DNA from: Verrucomicrobia bacterium UBA3761 | GTDB lineage: Bacteria > Verrucomicrobiota > Kiritimatiellia > RFP12 > UBA1067 | Reading direction: 5' to 3' | DNA length: 64,000 bases | Assembly: GCA_002371135.1 (NCBI GenBank) | Contig: DFGB01000045.1 | Span: 5,478 to 69,477, forward strand | Shown here: piece by piece, positions 35,969-45,599 of the stretch | How the letters are laid out: the number at the start of each line of letters is the position of its first letter | Numbering within the stretch: position 1 is the stretch's first letter | Translations under genes and position numbers: made by a program | Notes under the pieces: model-generated | The model's input: only the letters and a program-made list of their open reading frames with translations | Told to the model about the DNA's origin: nothing | Database searches by the model: none

Positions 35969-38667
35969 GCGAGCTTTTCGAGCTGGGCGATTTTCTCTTT
36001 GTTGTCGGCGAGTTTGCGGCGGGCCTCGGCGACGACCGCCTCCGGGGCGTGCGCGACGAAATTTTCGTTCGCGAGTTTCGCTTCGGACGCCTTCACGAAA
36101 CCGGAAAGCTTCGCTAGTTCCGCCGCGATGCGCTTGGATTCGGCCGCCTTGTCGACGAGGCCTTCCAGCGAAAGATACACCGTGCCGAACGGCGTGATCT
36201 TGGAGGGCATCGCAAGATCGCTTCCCGCCGGCGCGAACGCGACTTCCTCGGCGCGCATCGCCTTCTTGAGCGAAGAAGCCTCCGCCGCGGCGCGAGCGTC
36301 GTCCGTGGCAATCGTCACCTTGACGAACGCCGCCGGCGAAACCTTGTATTCCGCCCGCAAAGCGCGCACCGCCGTTATCGCTTCCCTCTTCGCGTTCACG
36401 AAATCGTACACCTCTTCTTCAAGCCCCCACGCGGACTTCTCCGCGTCGCTGTAGCCCTTCGGGAATTCCGCGAGCATTATCGTCTCGTCTTCCTTCAGAT
36501 AGCCAAGCTGGTGCGCGACCTCCTCGGTCACGAACGGCATGTAGGGATGCAGGAGGCGAAGCGCCTTCCAGAAGACATCGCGCAAAATCGCGAGCGCCCT
36601 CGCCTTGTCGGGCGCGTCCTTGACGTATTCGACGTACCAGTCGCAAAGCTGCGTCCAGAAGAAGTCGTACACCGCGAGCGCGCCGTCCTGGATGCGATAC
36701 TGCTCCAGAAGCGCGTTCACCTTCCTGCACGCTTTGTCGGTCGCAAGGAGAATGTGCTTCTCGTCGGAAGTCAACTCTCCAGCCGCCATAGTCCCCAGAT
36801 CCGCGACCCTGCCGCACTCTCCTTCCTGCATCTGGAAGAAACGCGCGGCGTTCCAGATTTTCGTCGAGAAATTGCGGCCGATTTCGAACTTCTCCTTGTT
36901 CACCTTCGTATCGCATTCGAGCGACGTGATGAGGGCAATCGAGAAGCGAAGAGCATCGGCCGAATACATGTCGATCAACTCCAACGGGTCGAGCGAATTG
37001 CCGAGCGACTTCGACATCTTCCGGCCTTGCGCATCTCGCACGATGCCGTGGATGACGATATTCTTGAACGGCGGCTTGCCCATGAAGTGAATGCCGGCCA
37101 TCATCATGCGAGCGACCCAGAAAAAGATGATGTCCTGCGCCGTCACGAGATCGCTCGTCGGGTAGTAGTAGTCGAGATCCTTCGTCTTTTCCGGCCAGCC
37201 AAGCGTGGAGAACGGCCACAGCCACGAAGAAAACCACGTATCGAGCACGTCCTCGTCCTGCGAAAGGACGGGCGGCTCGGAGCATTCGAGCCCCTTCGCC
37301 TTCATCAGGGCGACGGCCTTCTTGCGCGCCTCTTCGAGCGTCTCGGCGACCACGGTCTCGCACTCGCCGTCGATGTCGAAATAATACGCCGGGATGCGGT
37401 GGCCCCACCAGAGCTGGCGCGAGATGCACCAGTCCTGGATGTTCTCCATCCAGTTGAAATAAATCTTCGACCAGCGCTCGGGGACGAACTTCACAGACCC
37501 GTTGCGCACAGCCTCGATGGCAGGCTCGGCGAGCGGTTTCATCTTGACGAACCACTGCTTGGAAAGACGCGACTCCACCACCTCGTGGCAGCGGTAGCAA
37601 TGGCCGACCTGGTTGTCGTAGTCCTCGATATGGTCGAGGAAGCCGCCCGCCTCGAGATCGGCGACGAGCGCCTCGCGGCATTTGAAGCGATCCATGCCAG
37701 AATATTTCGCGCCGGCGAGGTCGTTCATCGTCCCGTCACCGTTCATGATGTTGATCTCTTCGAGACCGTGGCGCTTGCCGACGAGGAAGTCGTTGGGGTC
37801 GTGCGCCGGCGTGATCTTCACGATGCCGGTGCCGAACTCCTTCTCCACGTAGTCATCGCTGATAACGGGAATCTCGCGGCCCGTGAGCGGCAGAATCACA
37901 TTCTTGCCCACAAGATGCGCATAGCGCTCGTCCTTCGGGTTCACGGCGACGGCGGTATCGCCCGGCAGAGTCTCCGGACGCGTCGTCGCCACCATCACAT
38001 AGTCGGCGTAAGGCTCGCCGGCGACGCCCTTCGCGCTGCCGACGACGGGATAGCGCACATACCAGAGGTGGCCGTGGTGGGCTTCGTGCTCGACTTCGTC
38101 GTTCGCGAGCGCCGTCCCGCAGCGCGGGCACCAGTTGACGATGTAGTTGCCCTTGTAGACGAGCCCTTCGTCGTAGAGTTGCGTGAACACCTTCGCCACG
38201 GCGCGCGAGCAACCTTCGTCGAACGTGAAACGCTCGCGCTGCCAGTCCGTCGAATTGCCCAGCATGCGCTGCTGGTGGACGATCGTCCCGCCATACTGCT
38301 TCTTCCATTCCCAGACGCGCTCCACAAACGCCTCGCGTCCGAGGTCCTGACGGCGCTTGCCTTCCTTGCGCAACGCCTTTTCGACCACGTTCTGCGTCGC
38401 AATGCCGGCGTGGTCCGTGCCGGGCAGCCACAGCGTGTTGAAGCCGCTCATGCGCTTCCACCTGACGAGGATATCCTGGATCGTCTGGTTCAACGCGTGC
38501 CCCATGTGCAAAATGCCCGTCACGTTCGGCGGCGGGATTACGACCGAATACGGCGTTCCTTCGCCCGGCTCGGAATGAAAATAGCCCTTCTTCTCCCAGA
38601 TAGGATACCACTTGGCCTCGGCGGCCTTCGCATCGTAATGCTTTTCCATGATTGTCTCGTTCTTCAA
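35950..38667 (-). CDS. valS: Valine--tRNA ligase
   Basis: 905 aa with HMGH and KMSKS motifs (PPPNVTGILHMGHAL; KMSKSLGN) and a C-terminal coiled coil; the start may be the MEK at 38649. Confidence 0.95.
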   Translation of the reverse strand: MKNETIMEKHYDAKAAEAKWYPIWEKKGYFHSEPGEGTPYSVVIPPPNVTGILHMGHALNQTIQDILVRWKRMSGFNTLWLPGTDHAGIATQNVVEKALRKEGKRRQDLGREAFVERVWEWKKQYGGTIVHQQRMLGNSTDWQRERFTFDEGCSRAVAKVFTQLYDEGLVYKGNYIVNWCPRCGTALANDEVEHEAHHGHLWYVRYPVVGSAKGVAGEPYADYVMVATTRPETLPGDTAVAVNPKDERYAHLVGKNVILPLTGREIPVISDDYVEKEFGTGIVKITPAHDPNDFLVGKRHGLEEINIMNGDGTMNDLAGAKYSGMDRFKCREALVADLEAGGFLDHIEDYDNQVGHCYRCHEVVESRLSKQWFVKMKPLAEPAIEAVRNGSVKFVPERWSKIYFNWMENIQDWCISRQLWWGHRIPAYYFDIDGECETVVAETLEEARKKAVALMKAKGLECSEPPVLSQDEDVLDTWFSSWLWPFSTLGWPEKTKDLDYYYPTSDLVTAQDIIFFWVARMMMAGIHFMGKPPFKNIVIHGIVRDAQGRKMSKSLGNSLDPLELIDMYSADALRFSIALITSLECDTKVNKEKFEIGRNFSTKIWNAARFFQMQEGECGRVADLGTMAAGELTSDEKHILLATDKACRKVNALLEQYRIQDGALAVYDFFWTQLCDWYVEYVKDAPDKARALAILRDVFWKALRLLHPYMPFVTEEVAHQLGYLKEDETIMLAEFPKGYSDAEKSAWGLEEEVYDFVNAKREAITAVRALRAEYKVSPAAFVKVTIATDDARAAAEASSLKKAMRAEEVAFAPAGSDLAMPSKITPFGTVYLSLEGLVDKAAESKRIAAELAKLSGFVKASEAKLANENFVAHAPEAVVAEARRKLADNKEKIAQLEKLAQLFKS

Positions 38668-38703
38668 TATTTGCTCTCGTGGCTGAATATTATATCATAT
38701 AAT

Positions 38704-38825
38704 GAGGGAAGAGGGAAGAGGGAAGAGGGAAGAGGGAAGAGGGAAGGGGGAAATGTGAAAATGTCTTTGCCGCAGTCGGGCGGATGCCGCCAACCGCCGC
38801 ATCATTTTCACATTTCCACATTTTC
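38704..38825. repeat. (GAGGGAA)x6 microsatellite followed by the palindrome GGGGGAAATGTGAAAATG..CATTTTCACATTTCC
   Basis: It lies in the divergent region between the valS start and the GH43 start; a REP-like hairpin GGGCCGCGCTTCAGCACGGCGCC follows at about 38843. Confidence 0.8.
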
Positions 38826-38917
38826 TGTCGCTCTGGGCTAAAGGGCCGCGCTTCAGCACGGCGCCTACCCGAACGGAGTATTGCCTTACAGGGCCTGGAT
38901 ATGATACAATTCCCGCC

Positions 38918-40273
38918 ATGAAAACCATTCTCATTTTCACGTTGGCGGCTTTGTCCGGCGCGGCCCAGGCGGCGGACGGTGCCCTCATGCCGATCATCCA
39001 GACGAAGTTCACGGCCGACCCCGCGCCGTATGTCCACGATGGCGTCGTATATCTCTACACCACCCACGACGAAGACGACGCCGACGGTTTCAAGATGAAG
39101 GATTGGCTTCTCTACACTTCCACCGACATGGTGAACTGGCGCGACTGCGGCGCCGTCGCCTCGCTCGCCGATTTCCCGTGGGCCCGGAACAAGGAGAACG
39201 GCGCGTGGGCGCTGCAGGTGATCGAACGCGGCGGCAAGTGGTTCATGTATTGCCCGCTGCACGGCAACGGCATCGGCGTGCTCGTCGCCGATTCGCCTTA
39301 CGGCCCCTTCAAGGATCCTCTCGGCCATCCGCTCGTCTGGCAGAAGGAGCATTGGAACGACATCGACCCGACCGTGTGGATCGACGACGACGGCCAGGCC
39401 TATCTCTATTGGGGCAACCCGCACCTCTACGGCGTCAAACTGAACGAAGACATGATTTCGTATTCCGGCCAAATCGTCCAGTTCCCCAAGATACGCGACT
39501 ACCAGGAAGGGCCGTGGTTCTACAAGCGCAACGGACGCTACTACCTCGCATTCGCCTCCACCTGCTGCCCCGAGGGGATTGGATATGCGATGTCCGACGC
39601 GCCGTTCGGCCCGTGGGAATACAAGGGCCACATAATGGACCACACGCCAAAGACGCGCGGCAACCATCCCGGCATAATCGACTACAAAGGCAAGAGCTAC
39701 TGCTTCGGTCTCAACTACGACATCCTCCGCCTCTCCACCGATACGCACCACGAACGGCGCAGCGTCTCCGTGCAGGAAATGGAATACCGCGACGACGGCA
39801 CGATTCCCGAACTTCCGTACTTCAAGTCCGGCAAGTTGACGCAAATAGAGCCGTTCGATCCATACCGCCGCGTCGAAGCAGAAACGATGGCGTGGGGATA
39901 CGGGCTCAAGACGCGTCCCGACGTCCCCCGCACACTGCCGCAAAACCAGATCGTATTTGACGCCGACGATGGCGAATACATCCTCGTAAAAGGCGTGGAC
40001 TTCGCCGGCGGCGCGAAAGAAATGACGCTATCCATCAAGCCGCTCGCGCCTGGCGCCTCGATTGAAATCAGGCTCGACGCGCCGGACGGCGCGCTCGCCG
40101 GCAAGGTTGCGTTCGCGGAAGCGGCGGACGGATTTGAAACATTCACGACGCCGCTCGAAAACGCCTCCGGCGTGCACGACCTCTATTTCGTCTTCCGCTC
40201 GGGCGTCCCCGGCGGCAAGAACCTCCTCGAATTCGACTGGTGGCGTATCGCGCAAATAGGAAGCAGGAAGTAG
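38918..40273 (+). CDS. Glycoside hydrolase family 43 (beta-xylosidase / alpha-L-arabinofuranosidase-like) with a C-terminal carbohydrate-binding module
   Basis: A signal peptide and the GH43 catalytic region ..FTADPAPYVHDGVVYLYTTHDE.. ; a C-terminal beta-sandwich (CBM6-like). Confidence 0.8.
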   Translation: MKTILIFTLAALSGAAQAADGALMPIIQTKFTADPAPYVHDGVVYLYTTHDEDDADGFKMKDWLLYTSTDMVNWRDCGAVASLADFPWARNKENGAWALQVIERGGKWFMYCPLHGNGIGVLVADSPYGPFKDPLGHPLVWQKEHWNDIDPTVWIDDDGQAYLYWGNPHLYGVKLNEDMISYSGQIVQFPKIRDYQEGPWFYKRNGRYYLAFASTCCPEGIGYAMSDAPFGPWEYKGHIMDHTPKTRGNHPGIIDYKGKSYCFGLNYDILRLSTDTHHERRSVSVQEMEYRDDGTIPELPYFKSGKLTQIEPFDPYRRVEAETMAWGYGLKTRPDVPRTLPQNQIVFDADDGEYILVKGVDFAGGAKEMTLSIKPLAPGASIEIRLDAPDGALAGKVAFAEAADGFETFTTPLENASGVHDLYFVFRSGVPGGKNLLEFDWWRIAQIGSRK

Positions 40274-40337
40274 GAAGTAGAAAATTTGCCGCCCGGGCGT
40301 GTCGTACGCATTATCTCCTACTTCCTACCTCCTACTT
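40258..40337. repeat. Tandem-heptamer palindrome (GGAAGCA/GGAAGTA)x3 .. (CTACTTCC/CTACCTCC)x3
   Basis: It sits between convergent GH43 and pectinesterase genes and contains the TAG stop of GH43 and the last codons of the pectinesterase. Confidence 0.8.
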
Positions 40338-41222
40338 GATTTTTATCCACGGAAGGCGGCGCGATGTTTCGGCGCCCGTTCCGGTGCAGTTGTATTCGGC
40401 GAAAAACGCCGTCTTGTCGGTGCCGTCGTTTGGACGCCACTGGCTCCAGCCCTCGGGCTTGATGCAGTCGTCCATTACGCAACCGTCAAACACCACTTGC
40501 GCGTGCGGCCGCCAGGGGCGCCCCAGGAGCGTCTTGACGCCGGGCGCGGCGGTGATGCGGCAACGGCGGAAGAGGAAACCCTCGCGCCCCTCAGGCGTCG
40601 CCGCCGCCGTGATATATCCGCGCAGGAGACTGCGTATCTCGCAGCGGTCGAACACCGCGCGCGACTGGCCGAATATAAAATCGACCGTCCCCTCTATCAA
40701 ACACTCCTCGAAATGCTGTCCGCAATAGCGCGTATACTCGGGCTCTTTCGCCCACTCCTTGACGCCCTGCGAGACATACAGGGTGTCCTGATGGCCGGAG
40801 ATGCGGCACTTGGCCACTTCCACGCCGTCGCCCTCGATGTGCAGCGCGACGGCCTGGCCGACGCCGCGTCCGCCGGCGGCGACATTCGCGTCCGACGCCG
40901 TGTTGCGTATCCAAAGGCCCGCAAGCCGCACATCGTCGGCCTCGACTTTCATCGTCCACGTGCGGAACGTGCCAAGCGCCTCGCCGGCGGAATTCGTGAG
41001 CGAGGCATAGTCGCCCCACTCCACCACCGCCTCGCCCGGCCCTTCGTGCACGATGGCGAGAGCGCGCTTCTCGCGCGGAATCGTCACCTTCTCGCGCCAG
41101 ACGCCATCGGGAAGCGTAATCATATCGCCGGGCTTGGCGGCGTCGATCATCTCCTGCAGCGTCGCCGCGGCGGCGGACGAAACCGCGGCGACCGCCGCCA
41201 GCATCGCGAGCGCCGCCTTCAC
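40332..41222 (-). CDS. Pectin methylesterase (carbohydrate esterase family 8)
   Basis: It has a signal peptide and the CE8 motifs GHQDTLY, DFIFG and LGRPW; a probable GTG start overlaps the paaK stop (GTGA). Confidence 0.85.
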   Translation of the reverse strand: MKAALAMLAAVAAVSSAAAATLQEMIDAAKPGDMITLPDGVWREKVTIPREKRALAIVHEGPGEAVVEWGDYASLTNSAGEALGTFRTWTMKVEADDVRLAGLWIRNTASDANVAAGGRGVGQAVALHIEGDGVEVAKCRISGHQDTLYVSQGVKEWAKEPEYTRYCGQHFEECLIEGTVDFIFGQSRAVFDRCEIRSLLRGYITAAATPEGREGFLFRRCRITAAPGVKTLLGRPWRPHAQVVFDGCVMDDCIKPEGWSQWRPNDGTDKTAFFAEYNCTGTGAETSRRLPWIKIK

Positions 41223-42487
41223 TTCCTTATCACCCTCTTCGCCTTGCCTTCGGAACGCGGGAGCGAACCGACGGGGAACACATCGCCCTTCGGCAGGAAC
41301 CCGAGGCGCTCGCGCAGATGCTTGGCGACGGTGTGGCCGGTGACGCCGGGCTCGGCTTCAACGTTGATCGTCACGTCCGTCATGCCGTCGTGCTCTTCGA
41401 GGATGATCTGGAATTCGTCCTTGACGCCCGGTATCTCCATGAGGGCCTGCTCCACCTGGCGGGGATAGAAGTTGACGCCCTTGACGATGAGCATGTCGTC
41501 GGTGCGGCCCGTGATGCGGTCGAGACGCAGGCTCGTGCGGCCGCATTCGCATTTCTCGCGGCTGACGATGCGCGAAATATCGCGCGTGCGGTAGCGGATG
41601 ATCGGCATCGCCTCGCGGGTGAGCGACGTGAACACGACCTCGCCGTATTCGCCGTCCTCGACGTTCTTGCCGGTGACGGGGTCGATGATTTCGGTGATAT
41701 ATTGGTCTTCCCAGACGTGGATGCCGGCGTGGGCGTGGCAGTCCTGGCCCGTGGTGCCGATGCCGCCCGTTTCGGTCATGCCGTAGATGTCGAAGCACTC
41801 GATGTGGAGGCGGCTCTCGATGCGCTTGCGCATTTCATCGGAGAACGTCTCGGAGCCGAAGATGCCGACCTTGAGCGAAGGAATGTCGTAGTTGCCGTTC
41901 GGGTCGGCGTCGAGCTTCTCGATGATGCGCGGGACGTAGGAGACGACGGAGCAGAAGCCCTTGACGTGGAAGTCTCGCATGAGCTTGATCTGTCGCTCGG
42001 TGTTGCCGCTTGAAGCGGGGACGCAGAAGAGGCCGGCCTTGCGGCAGCCCTGGTAGCAGCCAAACCCGCCGTTGAAGAGGCCGAACGTGGGCATGATCTG
42101 GAACGCGTCGCCGGCCTCGAGTCCCGCCATCGAGAAACAGCGCGCCATGCACTCCGCCCACTGCATGAGATCGCCCTTCGTATACGCCATCACGACGGGC
42201 GTGCCGGTGGAGCCGCTGGACATGTGGAACTCGCGCAGCTCCGAACGGTCCACGCACGACATCTTGAGCGGATACGCGTCGCGGAAGTCGTCCTTCGTGA
42301 GGAACGGCAGTTTCGGGAGGTCGTCGAGCGAAGTCACGTCCTCCGGCGAAGAGACGCCCGCGGCCATGAGGCGCGAGCGGTAGAATTCGTTCGTCCATGC
42401 GCGGCGGAGGGTCTTCACGAGGCCCTTAAGCTGCAACTCGGCAAGCCGCTCGCGCGGCAGGGTTTCAAGTTCGCGATTCCAGAACAT
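41219..42487 (-). CDS. paaK: Phenylacetate-CoA ligase family protein (PaaK / F390-synthetase-like adenylate-forming enzyme)
   Basis: It starts at MFWNRELETLPRERL with an RBS AAGGATAAAGCC; ..SSGSTGTPVV.. is the AMP-binding signature. Confidence 0.75.
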   Translation of the reverse strand: MFWNRELETLPRERLAELQLKGLVKTLRRAWTNEFYRSRLMAAGVSSPEDVTSLDDLPKLPFLTKDDFRDAYPLKMSCVDRSELREFHMSSGSTGTPVVMAYTKGDLMQWAECMARCFSMAGLEAGDAFQIMPTFGLFNGGFGCYQGCRKAGLFCVPASSGNTERQIKLMRDFHVKGFCSVVSYVPRIIEKLDADPNGNYDIPSLKVGIFGSETFSDEMRKRIESRLHIECFDIYGMTETGGIGTTGQDCHAHAGIHVWEDQYITEIIDPVTGKNVEDGEYGEVVFTSLTREAMPIIRYRTRDISRIVSREKCECGRTSLRLDRITGRTDDMLIVKGVNFYPRQVEQALMEIPGVKDEFQIILEEHDGMTDVTINVEAEPGVTGHTVAKHLRERLGFLPKGDVFPVGSLPRSEGKAKRVIRK

Positions 42488-42520
42488 GGCTTTATCCTTG
42501 TTTTTTTGTGGAAATGGCAA

Positions 42521-43114
42521 TCAGGCGCCGGCGGCGGCGCGGCCGAGGTCGAACGCCTTTATGTTGAGGTCGAGGAGTTTCGCCTTCGATCCTGTAAAAC
42601 TCTCTTTCATCGTCGCCTTCCAGGCGTCCGGCGAGAACGGAGTCAACGTGGAGAGCGCGCCCGCGAGAACCATGTTCATCGTGCGCTCGTTGCCGACCTC
42701 CTCCTTGGCGATGCGTGCGGCGTCGACGACGATCGCGCCCGGCAGCGCGGCGCGCATTTTCCCGTCGAGGTCCTCCACCGCCTTCTGCTGGCCGGACGAA
42801 ACCGTAACCGGCACGAGGAACGTATCGGCGACGACCGCGCGTCCTTCAGGCGCGAGGAGATGCGCCCAGCGCAGCGCCTCGAGCTTGTCGAACGAAACGA
42901 GTATGTCGCTCGTCCCTTCCTGAATTATCGGCGAGGCGACGGCGTCGCCAAACCTCACCTGGCTTATCACGGAACCGCCGCGCTGGGCCATGCCGTGAAT
43001 CTCGCTTTTCTTGACGTCCAGCCCTTCGCGGGCCGCGGTCTTCGCGAGCAAATCGCTCGTGAGCAGCGTTCCCTGGCCGCCTACGCCTACAAGGCTTACA
43101 TTTACAGTCTTCAT
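42521..43114 (-). CDS. iorB: Indolepyruvate:ferredoxin oxidoreductase subunit beta (IorB; 2-oxoacid:ferredoxin oxidoreductase gamma-type)
   Basis: 197 aa; MKTVNVSLVGVGGQGTLLTSDLLAKTAAREGLDVKKSEIHGMAQRGGSV. Confidence 0.75.
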   Translation of the reverse strand: MKTVNVSLVGVGGQGTLLTSDLLAKTAAREGLDVKKSEIHGMAQRGGSVISQVRFGDAVASPIIQEGTSDILVSFDKLEALRWAHLLAPEGRAVVADTFLVPVTVSSGQQKAVEDLDGKMRAALPGAIVVDAARIAKEEVGNERTMNMVLAGALSTLTPFSPDAWKATMKESFTGSKAKLLDLNIKAFDLGRAAAGA

Positions 43115-43115
43115 T

Positions 43116-43334
43116 TTACGCCACTCTCTCGACTGTGATTTCCGGGTCGATCTCCTGCAACGCGGTCTCGATGCCCTGCTTGAGCGTCATCATCGCGAAC
43201 GGACACGAACCGCAGTGGCCCGTGAGCTTGAGATACACGACCTTGCCGTCGATTTTCACGAGTTCGCAATCGCCGCCGTCCGCCTGCAGACCGCCGCGCA
43301 ATTCATCGAGCTTCGCCTTGATAGCTTCTTCCAT
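43116..43334 (-). CDS. NifU-like (Nfu-type) Fe-S cluster scaffold domain protein
   Basis: 72 aa; TGHCGSCPFAMMTLKQGIETAL (CxxC) is typical of the NifU C-terminal domain. Confidence 0.7.
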   Translation of the reverse strand: MEEAIKAKLDELRGGLQADGGDCELVKIDGKVVYLKLTGHCGSCPFAMMTLKQGIETALQEIDPEITVERVA

Positions 43335-43352
43335 ATCACTCCTTGTTCGGAT

Positions 43353-43382
43353 TTTTGCCGTATATTATACCATTTGCCCCGC
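43353..43382 (-). promoter_or_regulatory. Sigma70-type promoter TTGACC-N18-TGGTATAAT (minus strand) for nfu-iorB-paaK
   Basis: It is nearly identical to the promoters at 45524 and 59486; an RBS AAGGAGTGAT precedes the nfu ATG. Confidence 0.6.
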
Positions 43383-43461
43383 CATAGGGTCAAGGGGAGG
43401 TGTTGCCGGCAGTGGCAGTCGAGCGGCGCCTGGAGATTCTAGATGCGCCGGCAATAGAAGC

Positions 43462-43488
43462 GCCACGGGCCCGCACGGGCCCGTGGCG
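43462..43488 (-). terminator. 12-bp-stem hairpin GCCACGGGCCCG-CAC-GGGCCCGTGGC downstream of pckG
   Basis: A perfect inverted repeat between the pckG stop and the nfu promoter. Confidence 0.55.
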
Positions 43489-43515
43489 CTTTGCGTTGGG
43501 CTAAATCGCCCGCGC

Positions 43516-45468
43516 TTACTTTTCGAGCGCGGCGGTGACGTCCGCGAGGACCTGGCGCAGCGCGGCCGGGACGCGGCGCGCGTCCTTGTTCACCGCAGTC
43601 GAATCCTTCGACGCCTTCTGGTCGTACTCGTCGTAGGAAGCGCCGACGGTGGCGATTTCCTTTTTCCAGCCTTCCTTGTCGACCTTGAGAATCTCCTTGA
43701 GCATCTCGGGGCAGACGGTGAAGCCGGGCTCGCCCTCGTTGTTGGAGAGGTCGATATCCTCGAACTTCGGGAGGTTGCCGATCGCCGTCTCGTTGGCGCC
43801 GACCTTGCCGTCGATGCGCTCGCAGATCCACTTGAGGACGCGCGAGTTGTCGCCGAAGCCCGGCCACATGAACTCGCCCTTGTCGGACTTGCGGAACCAG
43901 TTGACGAAGTAGATCTTCGGCAGCTTGGTGGGATTGACGCTCGTGCGCTCCATCTCGAGCCAGTGCTGGAAGTAGTCGGCGACGTTGTAGCCGAAGAACG
44001 GGAGCATGGCCATCGGGTCGCGGCGGACCTTGCCGACATCGTTGGAGATGATGGCGGCGGTGACTTCGGAACCGGCGGCCGAACCCATGAACACGCCGTG
44101 GGTCCAGCTCTTCGCCTCGTTGACGAGCGGGATGGTGGAAGGACGGCGGCCGCCGAAGAGAATCGCGTCGATCGGCACTCCGGTGGGCTTCTTCTCGAAC
44201 TTGCCGTTGAAGCCTTCCTTGTCGAGGACGGGGCAGTTGACCGCAGGCGCGGTGAAGCGCGAATTCTTGTGCGCGGCGACGTAGCCCATCTCCTTGACTT
44301 CAGCCTTCGTCATGCCGGGCTTGGGGCCCATGCGGCGCGCGTCGTCGACGCAGCGGTAGCAGGGATTGCCCTTCCAGTCGATGCCTTCCTCAGGCGCGTC
44401 GACGCCCATATCCTCCCACCAGATGTCGCCGTCGGGCGTGAGAACGACGTTCGTGAAGATCGTGTTCTTCTTGCAGGAGAGAAGCGCGTTGGGGTTGGAG
44501 AACTTCGAAGTGCCGGGAGCGACACCGAAGAAGCCGTTTTCGGGGTTGATGGCGTAGAGACGGCCGTCCGCGCCGGGCTTGAGCCACGCGATATCGTCGC
44601 CGATCGTCTCGAGCTTCCAGCCTTCGAGCTTGGGCTGCATCATCGCGAGATTCGTCTTGCCGCAGGCGGAGGGGAACGCCGCCGTGACGTGATACTTCTT
44701 GCCCTCGGGCGAGGTGAGGGTCAAAATGAGCATGTGCTCGGCCATCCAGCCCTGGTCCTTGGCGAGCTTGGAAGCGATGCGCAGGGCGAAGCACTTCTTG
44801 CCGAGAAGCGCGTTGCCGCCGTAGCCCGAACCGAACGACCAGATTTCGCCGTCCTCGGGGAACTGCGTGATGTACTTGTCCTCGATCCTCTTCGCGCAAG
44901 GCCACGCGACGTCCTTCTGGCCCTTCTTGAGAGGAGCGCCGACGGAGTGGATGCAGGGGACGAAATCGCCGCCCTTGTCGAGGAACTTCATCACGGCGTC
45001 GCCGGTGCGCGTCATGATGTCCATGTTCACGACGACGTAGGGCGAGTCGGTGAGCTCGATGCCATACTGCGTGATCGGGTTGCCGATCGGACCCATCGCG
45101 AACGGGATGACGTACATCGTGCGGCCGGCCATGCAGCCCTTGTACGCCTTCTCCATCTTCTTCTTCATCTCGACGGGGTCCATCCAATGGTTCGTGGGAC
45201 CGGCGTCGATTTCATTCTTGGAGCAGATGAACGTGCGGCCTTCGACGCGCGCCACGTCGCTCTCGTGCGAACGCGCCAGATAGCACCCGGGGCGCTTCTT
45301 CTGGTTGAGCTTCACGAACTGGCCCTTCTTGACCATCATCTCGCAGATGGCGGTGTGCTCTTCCTTGGTTCCCTTCACGACCACGATCTTGTCGGGCGTG
45401 CAGATCTTGTTCCATTTTTCAACCCAGGCGGCTACCTTGGGATTCGCGAATTTCGGCATCTTTGCCAT
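43516..45468 (-). CDS. pckG: Phosphoenolpyruvate carboxykinase (GTP)
   Basis: About 650 aa with GTP-PEPCK motifs (FPSACGKTNLAMM; GDDIAWL..; YFVNWFRK); the start is set at MAKMPKF with an RBS AAGGAG. Confidence 0.9.
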   Translation of the reverse strand: MAKMPKFANPKVAAWVEKWNKICTPDKIVVVKGTKEEHTAICEMMVKKGQFVKLNQKKRPGCYLARSHESDVARVEGRTFICSKNEIDAGPTNHWMDPVEMKKKMEKAYKGCMAGRTMYVIPFAMGPIGNPITQYGIELTDSPYVVVNMDIMTRTGDAVMKFLDKGGDFVPCIHSVGAPLKKGQKDVAWPCAKRIEDKYITQFPEDGEIWSFGSGYGGNALLGKKCFALRIASKLAKDQGWMAEHMLILTLTSPEGKKYHVTAAFPSACGKTNLAMMQPKLEGWKLETIGDDIAWLKPGADGRLYAINPENGFFGVAPGTSKFSNPNALLSCKKNTIFTNVVLTPDGDIWWEDMGVDAPEEGIDWKGNPCYRCVDDARRMGPKPGMTKAEVKEMGYVAAHKNSRFTAPAVNCPVLDKEGFNGKFEKKPTGVPIDAILFGGRRPSTIPLVNEAKSWTHGVFMGSAAGSEVTAAIISNDVGKVRRDPMAMLPFFGYNVADYFQHWLEMERTSVNPTKLPKIYFVNWFRKSDKGEFMWPGFGDNSRVLKWICERIDGKVGANETAIGNLPKFEDIDLSNNEGEPGFTVCPEMLKEILKVDKEGWKKEIATVGASYDEYDQKASKDSTAVNKDARRVPAALRQVLADVTAALEK

Positions 45469-45523
45469 AATTGTTCTTGCTCCTTGAATACCCTCTTCGG
45501 GCATGGTTAAAGGTATTGGTGTG

Positions 45524-45552
45524 TATTATACCATTTGCGGCGCGAGGGGTCA
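45524..45552 (-). promoter_or_regulatory. Sigma70-type promoter TTGACC-N17-TGGTATAAT (minus strand) for pckG
   Basis: It shares the consensus with the promoters at 21891, 43353 and 59486. Confidence 0.6.
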
Positions 45553-45599
45553 AGAGGGGTGCGAAGAAATCAAGAGTCTCCGGCGGGGGCGGGCGCCTT

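Noticed and set aside
38690-39943. A 417-aa minus-strand ORF beginning in the GAGGGAA microsatellite
   Set aside because: It is antisense to the well-supported GH43 gene.
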